Assembly: GCF_963921235.1 (NCBI RefSeq)
Contig: NC_086109.1
Span: forward strand, 26,476,001-26,540,000
Direction of reading: 5' to 3'
DNA: 64,000 nucleotides
Origin: Mobula hypostoma
Taxonomy: Eukaryota
Below the pieces are notes generated by a model. The model was not told the DNA's origin. It made no database searches and saw only the letters and a list, made by a program, of their open reading frames with translations. Numbering within the stretch: the first letter of the stretch is position 1; each line of letters starts with the position of its first letter. Of the stretch, positions 1 to 13,370 are shown piece by piece. A program made the translations under genes and the position numbers.

Positions 1-988
1 AGCTCCCCAAGAACGTTCTCCTTTGTAACAGCAACTACACTCACTTCTGTGCCCACCCCAACACTCTCAACACAAGGTGTCGACTGTTAATTTCCCTTCA
101 TAGATGCTGCCTGACCTGCTGAGTTCCTTCGACATTTAGTTAGTTGCAAGGGAATAGATTTGAGTTGAGATGGTTAGCTTTCTGTTGTTAAGTGCTACAT
201 GGCAACTTCCGTGATCCAGGAAATTTTCTGTATTAGAGACAGTCGAATACATAACGTCAAGCCTCCTTCCATTGATGTTTCTTTTGTCTTGTGTGGTCAG
301 CAGTTAGAGTGCCAGATGCTTATCTCCGTGTATCATCAGTATTAACGTGCATTTTACCTAGCTCCAGTTATTCTTCTCAATTTTTCAAAGTTATTTTTCT
401 CAACCTGACAAAATTTGTGAAATGTTGCTTTTGCCAATATCAAAGTGGCATAATTAATGTGATTTATGTAAAAAGCGATAGGAAGTCATGCATGGAGTTT
501 GTTTCTGAACCTCAAAAGACTTAATAATGTATGCCATGAATTGAAACATTTCACCATTTAGACTGCTGCCTATTGAGTCGGTCCTTGGATGGGTTTCAAC
601 TAATACCTTTCCTGTAACTCACTTTGTCAGCTATACAATATTAGTGTCAGGAAACAAAAAATGTTGCATCATGAAATTTAATGAAGATACAATATAATAG
701 GTGATGAGTTGGTGAATTATCATAACTGTTATTGGCTATGAAATTGATTAATATTGTGTTTAAAAAGCCTACCTCTGAATACCTACTTCTATCTATCAAC
801 TAGCTAGCCTTAAAATAATCTGACATGTTATTCTTCTCTTATAACTCTTACTCGTGTATCTTCTAACTCCAAATCCGATTTCTAGCATAAAATATGTTTT
901 AATACTATATTGTACAAGCAACAAGAGATTGGAATATTGACTATTAGTTTTTCGTTAATTCTGATCTCTATTTTCACTTCACTGACAG

Positions 989-1082
989 GAGCTTTCGTTG
1001 AAGTTTGACCTAAAAACCCTGGAATCTGGAAAACTGAAATGCCCTTATGACCCCAACCAACCTTTCACATCAGCTCTCATTG
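989..1082 (+). CDS. SEMA3D-like: Semaphorin-3 exon (Sema domain): ELSLKFDLKTLESGKLKCPYDPNQPFTSALI
   Basis: Acceptor ttttcacttcactgacag, donor gtaagc; 94 nt, phase 0 to 1; resembles SEMA3D LESGRLKCPFDP. Confidence 0.9.
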
Positions 1083-1262
1083 GTAAGCGATGTTGCAGAT
1101 GTGAATAGTTAATGAACACATGAAAGAATTGATGCACTGATTTTAATGTGGCCCAACAATTAAAGTGTGCAGATAACTGGTAGCTTTTGAAAATTATGTG
1201 CTTTAGATATTATGCAAAATAAATTTCACTTTGAAAACTATTACATGGATGTTCCACACAAA

Positions 1263-1612
1263 GGATAGTGGTGGCACAGTAGTGTAGCTCATAGTGCAAT
1301 TGTTTCATAGCGCCCGCAGTTACTGATAGGGGTTTGATTCCCGCTGCTGTCTTGTAAGGGGATTGTACGTTCTCCCCATGATCGCATGGGCTTCCTCCAG
1401 GTGCTCCAGTGTCCTTCCACATTCCAAAGAAGTATGGTTAGAGATAGGGAGCTGTGGGCATGCTGCGTTGGTACTGGAAATGAGGCAACATTCGCAGGCT
1501 GCCCTCAGTATAATCTTTGGACTGTGGTGGTCATTGACTTAAAACAATGCATTTCACTGTGTGTTTCAATGTTTCGATGCACATGTTACAAATAAAGCTA
1601 AGCTAATCTAAT
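1263..1612 (+). mobile_element. tRNA-derived V-SINE (HE1-like)
   Basis: A-box-like ggcacagtagtgtagc, B-box-like ggtttgattccc, V-domain tgtacgttctcccc..gcatgggcttcctccaggtgctcc..ccacattccaaaga; AATAAA and (CTAAT) tail. Confidence 0.75.
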
Positions 1613-2864
1613 CAAAACTGACCTCTTACATTATGATAACAGACACTTTAGATTATTTCCATCTACAGGTCCGTAGACATCTGCTTGCATCTTTCCATAA
1701 CTTCTCAACCTCTGAGACAGCATAATATTCAGCCATTTGCAGTGGAGTGTCTCACAGACTGAATGCTACATTACAGACCGAAGTCCCAATGCTAAATATC
1801 AGCTCAGTAATTTATCATAGATTTGCCATAAGGGCAGGACAACACGTGGCTCTAATTAGTCATATACGATGACCACAGTTGAACCTTGTTTAATCTTTTC
1901 ACCCCATATATGAACTGTGTTTCCCTGTAAAGCTATGGCATTAATTACTGCAGGGTATTAAAATAATTGTTTTGTAACACACAGAATTTAAAAATAATGC
2001 ACAAGGGAATGTTAACGTTTCTAACATACTTCTTCTGAATCACTATGAATTCCCCATTGAGCTATCTGATAAGTTATTATGTTTTCTTATACTCTCATAG
2101 CATACCTTTCATGCTAATAGCAATATCAAACTGGTTTCAAGTTCCTGCTCAATTGCACCATTTACTTCAGTGATTTTCCCCCCAGTTTGTGTAATCAGCA
2201 CAAAAATTAGTAAAATTTTGAACACAAGTTCCATTCAGTAATATTTGCTCAAATTCTGCTGACTAGTTTTATGCTGGAAGTAGGTTTTAATTACAAAAGC
2301 ACTTTGGGCTCAGGGTGAGTATACTGTACCATTGTTGGGTGTTTCTACTTTAGGTCCATTTATCAATGTATCCCAGTGTGACCAGAAAATAATTTAGCAT
2401 ATTTTAAAAATGTCATCTTCAGTAAATTAAATTTGGATGGTGATTGACAGTGAGTTCACATGCTTAAGTCATGAAAACTTACCTCTCTTAAAATTTCACA
2501 TAATCTTTTTGCACTACTTTTTATTTAATTTAATTTGTTTAAACATTTATTATTGCAATTTGTAGTGTTTTTTATGTATTGCACTGTACTGCTGCAGCGA
2601 AACAAAAAAATTCAAGACAAATGTCAGTAATATTAAATGCGATTCTGATTATATTTTGTGGAGTAGATAATTTCTTTTTAACATGATGCCTGGTTATTCT
2701 GGCTCATGAAAGGTCTTGCATTTGGTATTATACAAATGAATTTGACTGGAAATGTACGGGAAAGTGAACCACTTTTCATAGCAGACTAAATTTTGGACAT
2801 AGTTTGCATGCATACAAGACAAAAATACAACTCTGCTGTCTTTTCCATTGATTTTTGTTTAAGG

Positions 2865-2943
2865 CAGGGTTTCCCAACCTTTTTTATACCATGGACCTCT
2901 ACCATTGATCGAGGGTCTGTGCACACCAGGTTGGGAACCCCTG
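2865..2943. mobile_element. 79-bp hAT (Charlie-like) MITE
   Basis: TIRs CAGGGTTTCCCAACCT / AGGTTGGGAACCCCTG; perfect 8-bp TSD GTTTAAGG. Confidence 0.9.
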
Positions 2944-5264
2944 GTTTAAGGGATAGTATATAGCATAGAAATTCCTTTGGGTGATTCCTCTATATCACTT
3001 TAAACCGTGAATGTTTGTAACATATTTGTAAAGCAGTTCTCTGCCTATATTATTTGATGGTGAAATTCACTTCTTTCATTTTATCATTAAGAGTCAGTCA
3101 GGAAAAGTTAGTTGAATGCATTTGAAATAGGATTATAGGCACTACAAATCTGATAAGCCTTGGTGAGTCAAAGCATATGATTTCCATTTTAAATAAAGCT
3201 GGGGTAATTGTACATCTTGACGTGCATAGATCTCCTTGGATCCAGATGGACTTCAAGGAAGCATGTGGCTAAAATGGGAAGGAAATTCCTCACGGGAAAG
3301 AAACAAATAATTGAAACCTTCTGTCTGTGGGTTTAAGCTTTATTAAATCTGGGAGCAAAGGGATAAAGAAATCTGTGAAACTTCTGCTGATGGCATGGTG
3401 GTGGATTCATTGGAACTGGGCAGCAGATTTCTGCTTGCAGAACTCCACGTTCCAATTCTAAAGTGAGAATAGATTTCTGTGTTGCCTTTTTGGACTTTCA
3501 TCCCACTGCATGCTGCTGCAGTTAATGAGTTTTTGGCCAGCATATTGATGGATTGTTACCTTGCTACTTGAACCTAACAGTTTCCTGCCAGTAATGGAAA
3601 TAACTTAACTAAGTGAATAGATTTGCTATCATTCTGCACCTACCATCTCACTCAAGTGGCCCATTCTTCATGCGTAACCTGGACATTTTGTCAGCTGGTT
3701 ATTTAATTGTGTGTGAAGAGGGTGGATATCACAAGCAAGCCTGCTTTTTGTCACAGATTTACAACAATCAGCAGACTCCATTTATACGGTGCCATTAATG
3801 TTGTAAGATGCTTCAGGGAGCTTCCCAGGAGCAATAATCAAACAAAATCCGACACCAAACCACACAAACATATTAGGACATGCGATCAAATGCGGCGTCA
3901 ATGAGCTGGATCTATAGAAAGTCCTAAATGAAAAAAGAGCAACTGAGAGACAAAGAAGCTTAGGGAATGAATTGCACTTCTTAGTGTCCAGAGGTCGTTG
4001 AAGGAAGAATTGTAATAATTCAGTGTTCAAATTCCTTTGAGGAGGAGTGCAGCTTAAAGGAAGGCTACTTGCCACACTTCACCACATTGGCTCTTTTATC
4101 TAATTTCTCCCACTCCAAATTGAGAAACAGCAATGATTTTCGTATCTGTATTTCCAAGTTATTTATCAGGTGTCAAACAAAACTTAACACTGGATTGCAG
4201 AAGGATGACATAAAATATTCTGCTCAGGAGCACTCCGTAAATCCCAGTCACAATAATGATTAAGTTCTATTTGTGCCTGCTGTCTGTCTGAATATAAATC
4301 AGCCAGCATATCCCACAACTTCCCTGTCATTCATGTCTTTGTTCACCCTCTTCTTAAATGTGTCTACGTTGCTCTTTTCAACCATCAGCAATGTTACAGC
4401 AAGTTCTACAACTCAGCCCCTTCGAGTACAAAAGTTTCTTCTGAATTTCCTTCGGGATTTCTTGGTGACTATCTTAAACCGTGATCTCTAATATCCTCTT
4501 CCCCATGTAACAATATTATCTCCAAACCCACTTTATCCAAACCCTTTGGTATTGATTTGGTTTTATCATTGTCACGTGTGCCAAAATATAGTGAAATCTT
4601 GTTTTGCAATACTTTTTATACGGATCAAGTCATTACACACAGCATTGAGTTACAATAAGAGAAAGCAATATTAATACAGAATAAAGTGTAAAAGCTATGA
4701 AAAGGTGCAGTGCAGGTAAGCGATAAAGTGCAAGATCACAACGAGGAGATGGTGAGGCCAAGAGTCCAGTTTACTGTACACGAGGTCTGTTCAAAAGTCT
4801 GATGACTGTAAGATAGAATCTGTCCGTAAGCTTGGTGGTAGCTGCTTTCAGGCTTTTGTGTTTTCTGCTCAATAGCAGAGGAGAGAACAGAGAATATCCA
4901 GGCTGGGTGAGGTCTTCGATTGTGCTGGCTCGTTTATTGAGGTAGTGAAAAGTACAGACCGAGTCCACAAAGGAGAGGCTGGTCCACAATTCTCTATAGT
5001 TTCTTGCATCCATATGAAGAGCAGTTACCATACCAGGCCATTATGTATTCAGACAGAATGCTTTCTGTGGCGGTCTATATTAGTTTATCCCTCAGCCTGA
5101 TTTTCATGTATAATATGGTGATCATACCTGTACACACTGTAAACAAACCGGGTTCAGTTCAGATTTAACATAAATTCACTTCCTTTCAGTTCCATTCATC
5201 TGGAAATAAACTTTAGTGTTTGGCATGGTTTATTTTTACGGCTTAACCTGAGGTGAATCTGTGT

Positions 5265-5478
5265 TTTATTATTTATTTATTGAAATACAGTGTGAAATCG
5301 GCCCTTTTGGCACTTCGAGCCCTATCACCCTGAAACGCCCAATTTAAAACTATTCTAATTACGAGACAATTTACAATGACCAATTAACCTACCAACCAAT
5401 ACACCTTCGGACTGAGTGAGGAAACTGGAGCACCGAAAGGAAACCCACGTGGTTGTGAGGAGAACGTACAAACTCCTT
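5265..5478 (-). mobile_element. V-SINE fragment
   Basis: ggaaactggagcacc.aaaggaaacccacgtggt...ggagaacgtacaaactcctt is the reverse complement of the V-domain. Confidence 0.7.
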
Positions 5479-5785
5479 AATTTTTAGACCATAAGATGGA
5501 GCAGAATTAGGCCATTTGGCTCATCGAGTCTGCTCCATCATTTCATTATGGCAAATCCAATTTTCCTCTCAGCCCCAGTCTCTTGCCTTCTCCCTGTATC
5601 CCTTCATGCCCTGACCAATCAAGAATCTATCAACCTCTGCCTTAGATATACATAAAGACTTGACCTTCATAGCTGCCTGTGGCAAAGAATTCCACAGATT
5701 CACCACTCTCTCGCTAAAGAAATTCCTCCTAGTCTTTGTTCTAAAAGGACACCCCTCTATTCCAAGTCTGTGTCCTCTGGTCTTA

Positions 5786-6718
5786 TGTCCACACTACGCC
5801 GGACAATTTTGAAAACGAAGCTTCTTCTCTTCGTTTTGCCCTCCCGTCCATACTGAGCCGGCGTTTTCAGCCCCCGAAAACGGAGATTTTCGAAAACACT
5901 CTCCAAAGTGAATAAATCTGAAAACGCTTAATATCTGGCGTAGTGTGTACGGGATAACCGGAGAGATTTAAAAACATTGTCATGACAACACAACAACAAT
6001 GCTTTTTCTGCTTATGCTTGGTACTGCGCAAGCACTGCCGTACTGCTGTTATAACGCGCAGTCGATGTGAACGGCGTGAGTGTTAAATTGTAAAGTGAGC
6101 TTTTTTGACTATTTAAAAACGCTGTCATGATGTGCCGGAACAGATATTCGTTGTTTTAACAACGAAGCGAAGAAGTGAATAAGTATGCTCACTTCGCCCT
6201 GTTTTCTGACCTTGCTTGTATGAAGGTGGTTTACCTATTTATGCAAGTACTTCTCTGACAACAGATGTGTAACAGCCTAATGTAACATTGTATGGAAATA
6301 CAAGATAACGCTGATGCAGACATGTTTTATACATTTAACAAGGTGCTTTATTAATGTAACAGAGTTAGTCAGTTTTTCAATGTTCGTCGTCAGCTGGGTC
6401 ATACTGTCCGTGAACTCCCTGTCGGTTGCCTCCATACGCTCCAGCATTTGTTTTTTTAAAGTTTTAAGTCCTCCTGTGCGAGAGCCAAGAGCAATTTCTT
6501 TGAAGTTTTTCTACTGTGTAACTGTACAAACGCGCACTAAGTATATCGTTTCCTCTTCGCTTGTTTTCTGTGTGTCCTGCGCATGCCCAGGAGGAGATTC
6601 GCCCAAATATCCGCCTAATGTGGACGGAGATATTTTGAAAAACGCTTAGTGTGGACGCCTGTCGTTTTTACTCGAAACCGGTGTTTTCAAAATTATCCGG
6701 CATAGTGTGGACATAGCC
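5786..6718. mobile_element. PIF/Harbinger non-autonomous element (MITE)
   Basis: About 33-bp TIRs (tatgtccacactacgccggacaattttgaaaac / gttttcaaaattatccggcatagtgtggacatagcc; the left one lacks the outer GGC); TTA on both sides; repeated TTTTGAAAACG-like subterminal motifs; CpG-rich. Confidence 0.85.
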
Positions 6719-7021
6719 TTAGACTCTCCCACCATAGGAAATATTCTTTCCACGTTCAGCCTATCAAGGCCTTTCACTATTCAATAGGTTTCAATCAGGT
6801 CACCCCTCATTCCTCTGAATTCCAGCGAATACAGGCCCAGAGCCATCAACGCTCTTCATACGACGAGCCATACAACTCTAGAATCATTTTTGTGTACCTT
6901 CTTTGAACCCTCTCCAATTTCAGCACACCCTTTCGAAGATAAGGGGCCAAAACTGCTCACAACACTCTATTTCAGTCCTCATTAGTGCTTTATAAAGTCT
7001 CAGCATTACATCCTTGCTTTT

Positions 7022-7288
7022 TTTAAATTCAAATTTTTATTATTTTTTTTTATTTTATTAAGCAGCACAGCATATCACAGAGCAGATACAGTGCAGCATA
7101 CTTACACAGCCATCCCATGACAGGAAAACAAATAAAACAAATAAGACAGAAAGAAGTTCTAATTTAAGTTTAAATTAACATACAACCAAAATTGATCCCA
7201 CGCATCTTGCACTTTTCCCTTACTGTTAATTCTTCCCAACATGTGTTCATATGATGAAATCTTAATCATTTCCTCAGTCCATTCCTTC
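7022..7288 (-). mobile_element. L1/Tx1-type LINE 3' end
   Basis: 14-bp TSD ACATCCTTGCTTTT (7008-7021, 7289-7302) at a TTTT/A site; A-rich tail; encodes EWTEEMIKISSYEHML...WDQFWLY*, typical of an L1-clade ORF2 C-terminus. Confidence 0.75.
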
Positions 7289-9994
7289 ACATCCTTGCTT
7301 TTATGTTCTAGTCCTCTTGAAGTGAATGCTAACATTGCATTTGCTTTCCTCACAACAGATTCAACTAGCAAATTAACCTTTAAGGAATCCTGCTCAAGGA
7401 CTCCCAAGTCCCTTTGCACCTCAGTGTTTTTGTATTTTCTCTCCATTTAGAAAACAGTCAACTCTCTCATTTCTTGTACAAAGTACATACTATGCACTTC
7501 CTGACACTATTCCATTTGCCATTTTTTGCCCATTTTCTTAATCTTTCTGTAGTCAACTTCCTCAAAACTACCTGCCCCTCCACCTATCTTCATATTGTCT
7601 GCAAACTTTGCAAAAATCCACCAATTCCATTACCCAAATCACTGACATATAATGTAAAAAGAATCCGTCCCAACACAGACCCCTCTGGAACACCACTAGT
7701 AACCGGCAGCCAACCAGAAAAGGGACCCTTTATTCCCACTCTTTGCCTTCTGCCAATTAGCCACTGCTTTATCCATGCTGGAATCTTTTCCAAAATATTT
7801 CACCTTTTACCCTTAACCTATGATCTCTAGTTCCAGCCTCACCCAACCTCAGCAGGAAAAAAAACCTGCTTGCACTTATGTAATCTATAGGCCTCATAAT
7901 TTTGTACATCTTAAAATACTTCCCATTCTTTTCACAAGATCTTGCTCCTCTACAACTTTAGGCTTTTAATCCATTGATTTCGGCACTTCTTTTGCATCTT
8001 CTCCATTCTCTTCACCTTATCTCTGTAGGTGATTCTTCAACTCACTAACCCCAGTCGCCAGATATCCAGCTCTGTATTGTTTCACCTCTCTTTCTCTGCC
8101 CTCCTCACATTTAACTTGCTCTTTTTAACAAGCTTTGGATTACCTGTCATAATTTTCCATAATACTGAGGAAGACTGCAAAAAAACTGTGAAGGATAACA
8201 TTCATAATCTTACTCAAATGTACAAATAACACTCAACACAAATGCAGTACATGTGAAATAATAAATTCTGGTTGGAAGAATGTGTAAGTCATTCTTTACT
8301 TTGAAGGTTCAAGTCTATGGAGGTATAGAAATCAAGGGATTTTGAAGTACAAATCCTGTAATCATGAACTTGTGGGGGAACTTCTTCACTCAGGGGGTAG
8401 TGAGAGTGTGGAAAGAGCTGCCAGCAGAAGTGGTGGATGTGGATTCAATTTCAACACTGAAGAGAAGTTTGGATAAGTACATGGATGGGAGGGGTACGGA
8501 GGGTATGGTCTAGGTGTAGGTCGATGGGATTATGCAGAATAATAGTTTGGCACAGACTAGATGGGCTGAAGGGCCTCTTTCTATACTGTGGTACTCTATG
8601 ACTCCTTGACCCCGAAATGTAATCAAACTAGGAGGACATAGAGCACAACGTCGATAGGTGAATGGGTCTTATTGTACGAATAGTAGATTGGGATGAGCTC
8701 AGGTTTGTAGAGGGTAAAAGATAGGAGTTTGCAGAGGGTAAAAGATAGGAGTGCTCACAGTTAAAGATAATAAAAGGATTGACAAATTTCCTGCTACAAG
8801 ATAGGTTGAGACAGCAAGGCAATACTGCAGAGATGGTGAAGAGGATATCGGGTCAGAATCAGCACTCTGGATCAAACAGATATTGATGAGTCTGGTTTGG
8901 TCTTTTTATTTGAATTATCCAATTACCAACTGGAAGCTACTATAGAACCTGTCTCCACTGCTGTTATGCAATCAACGTCAAATGTCGAAAGTGGTTTCTT
9001 AACTTCCATTTTGTTATTCTGCAAATTTTCTTAAATCTTCGCCCCCCTGGTTCCTAAATCTCCTGCCAAAAATAGTTTGATTTTCCTCATCTGATTCACA
9101 TGTGGGCTCACTTTCCAGCAGAAATTAAAAATTGAAGCACTGTCTGATTTTTCTCCCTCAGTATCCCACCCCCACCAGCGCAGAAAAATTTGCCAATTAT
9201 AGCACCCCTGCAGCTGAGATCAATTAACCAAACACAGTTAAGGGACTGAACCAGTTAATTTTCTCATCTGTGTGGTTCATTTCTACAAAGGTTATGCACT
9301 TGCTAACTGAACCAAAGGTGAAGTGGTTACACACACATTTCTATTTCATAAGGAATATATACAATATAGTTATATATGTTTTTTGTACATACAGGAGGTA
9401 CGCCCTTTGATTTCAATTGAACCACCCTTGCTCCCAGTTCACACGAAAGAGCTTTAGCAGCAACACAACCTCCAGCATTACGGCTCCATCTTTGACCCCT
9501 ATAGTGAGAATAGTTGTATTCACACCTGGCAATGGTTAACAAGCAATATGCTAATTGCAATGTAAACCATAACTGACACCTTTTTTTATTGCCATACGAA
9601 TTTAATCTTGGTTTGATATATTTGTAGAATTTGACAGACTGACTTTGGTAATCCATAATAATTTCTCATACAGCTATAATACAATTCACATTGTAGCAGA
9701 TAGAGTGAATATCATGTATGATATAATGTATGAGTGATAGTGTTTGCTGCTTATGTTCCAGGACTAGTAAACCAGAAACACAGGCTAAAGATCTGGTGAC
9801 TTGATTTCAAGTCATGTTAGATGGGGAATTTAAATTTATTTTACTAAATCAGCAAAAAGTTCAACGTGGTGGCTATCGGGCTACTGTTCTGTTATTAAAA
9901 ACCTGTTCGATTTGCTGGTGTTCTTTTGGGAAATTGACCCTGCAATATACAATATTTGGCTTCAGACCCACTACAGTGAAATATTATTTTAATT

Positions 9995-10360
9995 TCTCAT
10001 CCAGCTATCACTTTCCAGCTTCTTACTCTTGTCCTCTTCCTCCCCACACACACCCTCCTTCTCCCTCAGCTGTTTTCACCTATCACCTTTTGCTATATGG
10101 TTATATAGGTCAGTGGGACTAGGTAAGCGTAAGAGTTCGGCACGGACTAGAAGGGCCGAGATGGCCTGTTTCTGCGCTGCAATTGTTATATGGTTACATG
10201 CTGACTTGTACTCCTTTCCCTCCCTCTGCCTTCTTATTCTGACTTCCTCCCCCTTCCTTTCCAGTACTGATGAAGCACCTTGGCCTGAAATGTCGACTGG
10301 TTATTCCCCGCTTCAGATTTGATGAGCTCCTCCAACATTTTCTGTGTGTTACTTTCAACT
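9995..10360 (+). mobile_element. Penelope-like 3' UTR copy with degenerate hammerhead (10262-10299), interrupted by a tiny CR1 3' end (about 10105-10197)
   Basis: cagtactgatgaagcaccttggcctgaaatgtcgactgg; CR1-type tail gggccgagatggcctgtttctgcgctg...ttatatggtta. Confidence 0.65.
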
Positions 10361-11245
10361 TGTCTAAACTAGCCTTGGAAAGCACTTCATTTAAGGGAAA
10401 TCAGGGAAGTCAATAAATATTGAATTTTTTCATGACACCACCAAGTATAAAGAAAATAAAAGCCCAATAAAGAGTGATTAGATCTGTAAAATTATTGGAA
10501 TTTCATTTATTGGTTTAATTGTATTTCCCACAATTCCATTGCTAGAGAAATATTTCAGTTTGGCAGCAGAACCACAAATATTCGCTGGGTCTGAAGTAGA
10601 AAAATATAAAAGCTTTTGCAGCTCTGCAAGAGAATCCACCCACTGTTGGAACTCTAATCCTTTAATATTTATATGATGAACAATAACAGGTCAATGCTCA
10701 AGCTCCCTAGAATGATTTTCTAAACCAAATATTTCTTTAAGATTAATATGTTGACGAAACTTCTTGAATGCCAGAAATTGATTCAGGGTGGAGTTTGTTA
10801 GATAACCTTTGAGGTTTTCCCACAATCCCACAAGTCTTTTTTTTTAAAGAAATAATTACTTTTAAATAGGCATAGCTAGCATCCATTGCTTACAGCTTGT
10901 TATACTTGATAAGGTGCTCTGAGTCACCTTCCTGAACTTCCGCACTTTGTCTTTGAAAAATCGGTTTCCACAATGCTGTTAAGCTGGGAATTCTAGGATT
11001 TTGGCCCTGATACATCAGAAGAACAGTAATGTATATCTAAAATTGGGTACATGAGTCACTCAGAAAGGAACTTATAGACAATGCTGTCCTGTTTGCCAAC
11101 TGCTGTTGCTGCTCAAGGTTAGTAATTCTTAAACAATTTTCTATAGTGGGTTGCACAGTCCTCCCAGTCCATCTTATGTTTGATGAATCCATGCAATTTA
11201 TTCCAGCGTACGGTATGCATTTAAAAAACGCGTATGGGTTTTCAT

Positions 11246-11940
11246 AATCAGAATCAGGTTTAATATCACTGGCATATGTTGTGAAATTTGTGAAATAGCA
11301 GCAGCAGCAGTGCAATGCAATATGCATGATAAATATAGGCAAAAACACCAAATGAGTTACATTAAGTATATATATGTATATTAAACACATATTAAAAATA
11401 GTAGTGCAAAAACAGAAATAATTTAAAAAGTGAGGTAATGTTCATGGGTTCAATATCCATTCAGACAATATATGGCAGAGAGGAAGAAGCTGTTCCTGAA
11501 TTCCTGAGTGTGTGCCTTCAGGCTTCTGTACCTCTGTCCTGATGGTAACAATGGGAAGAGGGCATGACCTGGGTGATGGGGGTCCTTAATAATGGACGCC
11601 GCTTTTCTGAGGCACCACTCTTTGAAGATGACTTGGATACTATGGAGGCTAGTACCCTAATGGGGCTGACTAATCTTACAACCTTCTGTAGCTTCTTTTG
11701 ATTTGTGTAGTCGCTCCTCCAACCCCGATACCAGACGGTGATGCAGCCTCTCAGAATGCTCTCCATGGCACATCTCTAGAAGTTTTCGAGTGTTTTTGGT
11801 GATGACCCAAATCTTCCCAAACTTCTAATGAAATATAATCGCTGCCTTACCTACCTTATAGCTGCACCGATATGTTGGGGCCAGGTTAGGTCCTCAGTGA
11901 TATTGACACCCAGGAATGTGAACTTGAAATTCCTCACTCT
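11246..11940 (-). mobile_element. Rex1/Babar-like LINE 3' fragment
   Basis: ESILRGCITVWY...KKLQKVV; tail tgatattaaacctgattctgatt. Confidence 0.75.
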
Positions 11941-12734
11941 GACAGTAATGCAAGGCATATCAATATGTGTAAGATCTCTCATTTATAAACTATTCAAGTG
12001 TCTACAAAGTGCAAATGTAGTATAAGTTTATTGACCATTAAAATGAATCTGGGTTGACTTTACATCATATTGAACAGAACACTGTGATATCAGACCAAGA
12101 GCTGAAGTTCGAAGTTAGAACACAGAACAGTACAGGGCCTTTAGCCACATTGTTGTGCCGAGCTTTTAAACTATTCAAGGATCAAACTAACCCTCCCATC
12201 CTACACAATCTGCAATTTTTCTATCATCCATGTGCTTATCTAAGAGTTTCCTAAATTTCCTTAATGTATCTGCATCTACCAGGACCTCTGGCAGGGTGTT
12301 TCAGGAACCCACTACTTTCAGTGTAAAAAAGAAACATGCCTCTAACATTCTCTCTATACTTTCTTCCAATCACCTTAAAATTGTGCCTCCTTAAAATCAT
12401 GCCCCTCTAGTTCTTGGAGTTAGAGTTTGTAGATCTAGTAAATGCAACCAAAGAAACCTTTGTGGTGTCATTTGAATAGATGGTAGGCAGCATGTTGAAT
12501 ACTGCTAAAAGAGCAATCTTCAGAGAGGACTCCTGACTCCTGATTTGAGAGGGAAAACAAATCAGCCATGATTGAAAGGTGGTGCTGACTCAATGGGCCA
12601 GACGGCCCAATTCTGCGCTTACACCTTATGGTTTTGTACTTTACGGGAGAGTACACAGGATTTTTTTTACATTATAAATAACAATTGGTATTATTTATTA
12701 CCAGGCTAGCCCCTATTGACATCAATGGATCTTG

Positions 12735-13370
12735 GGATGAGAGGGTGAACAGCTTTAAGTTCCTCGGCATAAACATCACTGAGGATCTCACGTGGTCTGT
12801 ACACACTGGCTGTGTGGTAAAAGAAAAAGGCACAACAGCGCCGCTTTCACCTTAGACAGTTGAAGAAGTTTGGTGTGGGCCCAAGATCCTAAGAACTTTC
12901 TATAGGGGCACAATTGAGAGCATTCTGACTGGCTGCATCACTGCCTGATATGGGAACTGTACTTCCCTCTATTACAGGACTCTGCAGAGAGTGGTGCAGA
13001 CAGCCCAGCACATCTGTAGATGTGAACTTCCCACTATTCAGGACATGTACAAAGACAGGTGTGTAAAAAGGACCCAAAGGATCATTGGGACCCGAGTCTC
13101 CCCAACCACAAACTATTTCAGCTGCTATCATCCAGGAAACAGTACCGCAACATAAAAGACAGGACCAACAGGCTCCAGGGCAGCTCCTTCCACCAGGCCA
13201 CCAGACTGATTAACTCATGCTGACACAGTTGTATTTCTGTGCTATATTGACTGTCCTGTTGTACATACTATTTATTATAAATTGCACATTGCACATTTAG
13301 ATGGAGACGCAACATAAAGATTTTTACTCCTCATGTATATGAAGGATGTAAGTAATAAAGTCAATTCAAT
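12735..13370 (+). mobile_element. Rex1/Babar-like LINE 3' fragment
   Basis: RVNSFKFLGINITEDLTWS...TIESILTGCITA; tail aataaagtcaattcaat. Confidence 0.8.

Larger units (their letters stand above)
5486..7790 (-). mobile_element. CR1 LINE 3' fragment, interrupted by two younger insertions
   Basis: Tail agaccataagat; RT pieces RRQRVGIKGPFSGWLPVTSGVP and QRDLGVL; the sequence resumes on both sides of the insertions. Confidence 0.88.

Noticed and set aside
1263..1350. tRNA gene
   Set aside because: Degenerate A/B boxes run into a V-SINE core; no cloverleaf can be built.
8703..8750. 24-bp direct repeat, two copies
   Set aside because: Simple local slippage duplication with no further structure.
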